Below are positions 61,722 through 64,000 of a stretch of 64,000 bases of DNA, piece by piece. The notes under the pieces are model-generated. The model was not told the DNA's origin. It made no database searches and saw only the letters and a list, made by a program, of their open reading frames with translations. The stretch is taken from positions 3,191,538 through 3,255,537 of the forward strand of contig OZ037772.1 of assembly GCA_964035545.1 (NCBI GenBank), given 5' to 3'. This stretch comes from Bugula neritina (lineage: Eukaryota > Animalia > Bryozoa). A program made the position numbers and the translations under genes. Each line of letters begins with the position of its first letter. Position 1 is the stretch's first letter.

Positions 61722-64000
61722 TCAAGAGCTCTAAGCTTATATTTTATGAGGACAGAATTGTCCAATCAGATGGTAGCATTGCAATACATTGTTTACTAAA
61801 CACATGCCTTTAGACATGCTTAGGAGTTGTCCTCTATTATACCTCATGGGATTTCTCCCAGGTGAATGGGGAACACTGCCACTCGCCAACCGGTCCCACC
61901 GGTTACCTCGGGAAGAGGAGCCCGCCACCGAAATGGAGCCAGAAGGCCCAGTGGAGAGCCCCAAACCCCGCCGGCACCAACCTCGCCGCCGGAAACCCCG
62001 TAAACCACGGGTGAAACCCCCGCCGTACAGGAGACCTTTGTCATAGGCCAACTGGAAGAAGATGCTATCCTCGGAATGCCCTTCTTGAAGCAACACCAGT
62101 GCCAAATAGACTTTAGTAAGTCGGTGGTGCTGATGGGCGGGCGAGAACTCGCCTGTATGGATAAGTTTGGGCGTCCTCTGGTGGGCGGTGTTCAGGTAGT
62201 TCGAAACTGCACCGTGCCTGGACGCTCCAGAGCTACTATCCACTGCCGAGTGAACAGCAACCGGATAGCCAGGCTCGGGGTCGTTGAAGGCGCGCACGAA
62301 AGGATCCAACTCGCCAGTAGTTTAAACTGACTAACTGAGCGAGGGGAGGTCTTAATGCAGTGTGTCAACCCCTTTACCGAGCCCATTGAGCTCCCAGCTG
62401 GGTCAATGCTGGGCCGGTTCCACTCCGTACAGGAAGAGGACGTGGGCCCGTCGCTGGGTGACGCGACGGAGACACCCCCTCGACACCCTACTCAGGGGCA
62501 AGGGGCAGTTCCAACACATCTCCGGGAGTTATATGAAACAGCCTGTGGCGGCTGCGCGAGCAACAAGGAACGCCAAGCGATGGCGAAGTTGCTACGCGAC
62601 TACGGTGATGTGTTCAGCAGCGGAGATCATGACGTGGGGCTGACTGGAATTGTCAGACACGAAATACCGCTGACTGCAGGGACAGTCCGTGTCCGGCAAC
62701 CCACACGCAGGCTGGGACCGGAAAAAGAGAAGGAGGTTAGCCGACAAGTACGGGATCTTCTAAACCGCGGCCTCATAGAGCCCTCCCATAGTGCGTGGAG
62801 CTCACCGGTCGTACTGGTCCGGAAGAAAGACGGCAGTTGGCGGTTCTGTGTGGATTACCGTAAACTCAATAACGTAACCATACAGGACGCCTACCCTCTA
62901 CCTCGTATTGACGAGTCCTTGGACGCCCTAGCCGGCAGCAAGTACTTCAGTACATTAGACTTGCTGAGTGGCTATTGGCAAGTCCCTCTGAGTCCCGACG
63001 CCCAGGAGAAAGCGGCGTTTATCACACGGGACGGGTTGTGGAAGTGGAAGGTGCTGCCCTTCGGGTTAACCTCCGCCCCAGCCACCTTCCAGAGGCTGAT
63101 GGAGCAAGTCCTTAGCGGGCTCCATTGGAAGACACTGCTGGTCTACCTCGATGATGTCATCGTAATCTCCCCAGACTTCGAGACACATGTCAGTCGTCTG
63201 CAGGAGGTTTTCGAGAGACTCCGAGGTGCCGGTCGTAAGCTCAAACCTTCCAAGTGTGCTCTATTGCAGCCGGAGGTCAAGTACCTGGGGCACGTTGTCG
63301 GTCGAAACGGCGTGGCAACGGATCCCGAAAAGGTACGGGCGATAGAAGACTGGGTCACCCCCCAAGACTTGACCGGGCTTTCTTGGGGCTGGTAGGGTAT
63401 TACAGGCAATACATACCAGACTTTGCGGGCATAGCACAGCCGGTAAACCGGCTCACCGCCAAGGGAGTGACGTGGCAGTGGACCCCAGTCGAACAAGGAG
63501 CGTTCGACCGCCTCAAGGGCTGCCTACTAACGGCCCCCATCTTGGCCTACCCAGACCCCACTCTGGAGTACATCCTCGACACAGACGCCAGTGACCAAAA
63601 TGTTGGCGCTGTGTTGTCCCAAGTGCAGGAAGGCCGAGAGGTAGTAGTAGCCTACTACAGCAAGTCTCTCTCACCCGCTGAACGAAATTACTGCACTACC
63701 CGCAAGGAGCTGTTGGCAGTAATCAAGTCAGTGAAGCACTTCAGACCATACTTATACGGCAGGAAGTTCCGGCTGCGTACGGATCATGCCTCGCTGATCT
63801 GGTTGTGTAAGAGAGCAGAGCCCTCCAGTCAATTTGCCCGGTGGCTCGAAATCTTAGCTGAATTCTCCTACCGCATCGAACATCGACCGGGCAAGAGGCA
63901 CAGCAATGCGGATGGGTTGAGCCGCCGACCTGACGAAGGTTGCAAACAGTGTCTCAACATCAAGAGGAGGGACGGAGGTCCCCGCGATGTGAGTTAGAGA

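Larger units (their letters stand above)
53645..64000 (+). mobile_element. Gypsy family A copy 4, rearranged, running off the window
   Basis: 5' LTR split into 53645-53726 and 59862-60084, preceded by ATAT. PBS at 60086. Gag has a deletion at ~60160, the protease is deleted at ~62026, RT/RH occupies 62355-64000 with a frameshift at ~63376. Confidence 0.9.

Overview
AT-rich animal (probably invertebrate) genomic DNA dominated by nested retrotransposons and decayed host-gene fragments. No intact host gene can be supported. Contents: (i) four members of one Ty3/Gypsy group with ~306-bp LTRs, a tRNA-Leu PBS and 4-bp xTAT target duplications (13173-22557, 28248-35756, 39596-46706, and 53645 to the window end); (ii) a Mag-like Gypsy with 119-bp LTRs (8135-12608); (iii) a 5'-truncated minus-strand Gypsy (55605-59146); (iv) a CR1/L2-group LINE split by one of the Gypsy copies; (v) a solo LTR, CACAG-ended and hAT-like non-autonomous DNA elements, tRNA-derived SINEs and a Penelope-like GIY-YIG fragment; (vi) pseudogene exons of ATAT1/MEC-17, an NRF-6-like acyltransferase, collagen and a Cys-rich protein. 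Most notable observations: (1) The main Gypsy group carries a non-env accessory gene after pol (C2H2 plus C2HC-like zinc finger, basic Ser/Pro-rich segment, coiled coil). It has a GT-AG intron whose position, phase and 25-nt first exon are conserved between two otherwise diverged subfamilies. (2) One copy is a three-LTR heterodimer (LTR-A, cargo, LTR-B, gag/pol/ORF3, LTR-A) inside a single TSD. It includes a non-autonomous partner that shares the PBS, the target-site pattern and a covarying pre-PPT hairpin. (3) An unrelated Gypsy also carries a zinc-knuckle/coiled-coil ORF with a splice acceptor in the env position. All alignments were made by eye; no database searches were run.
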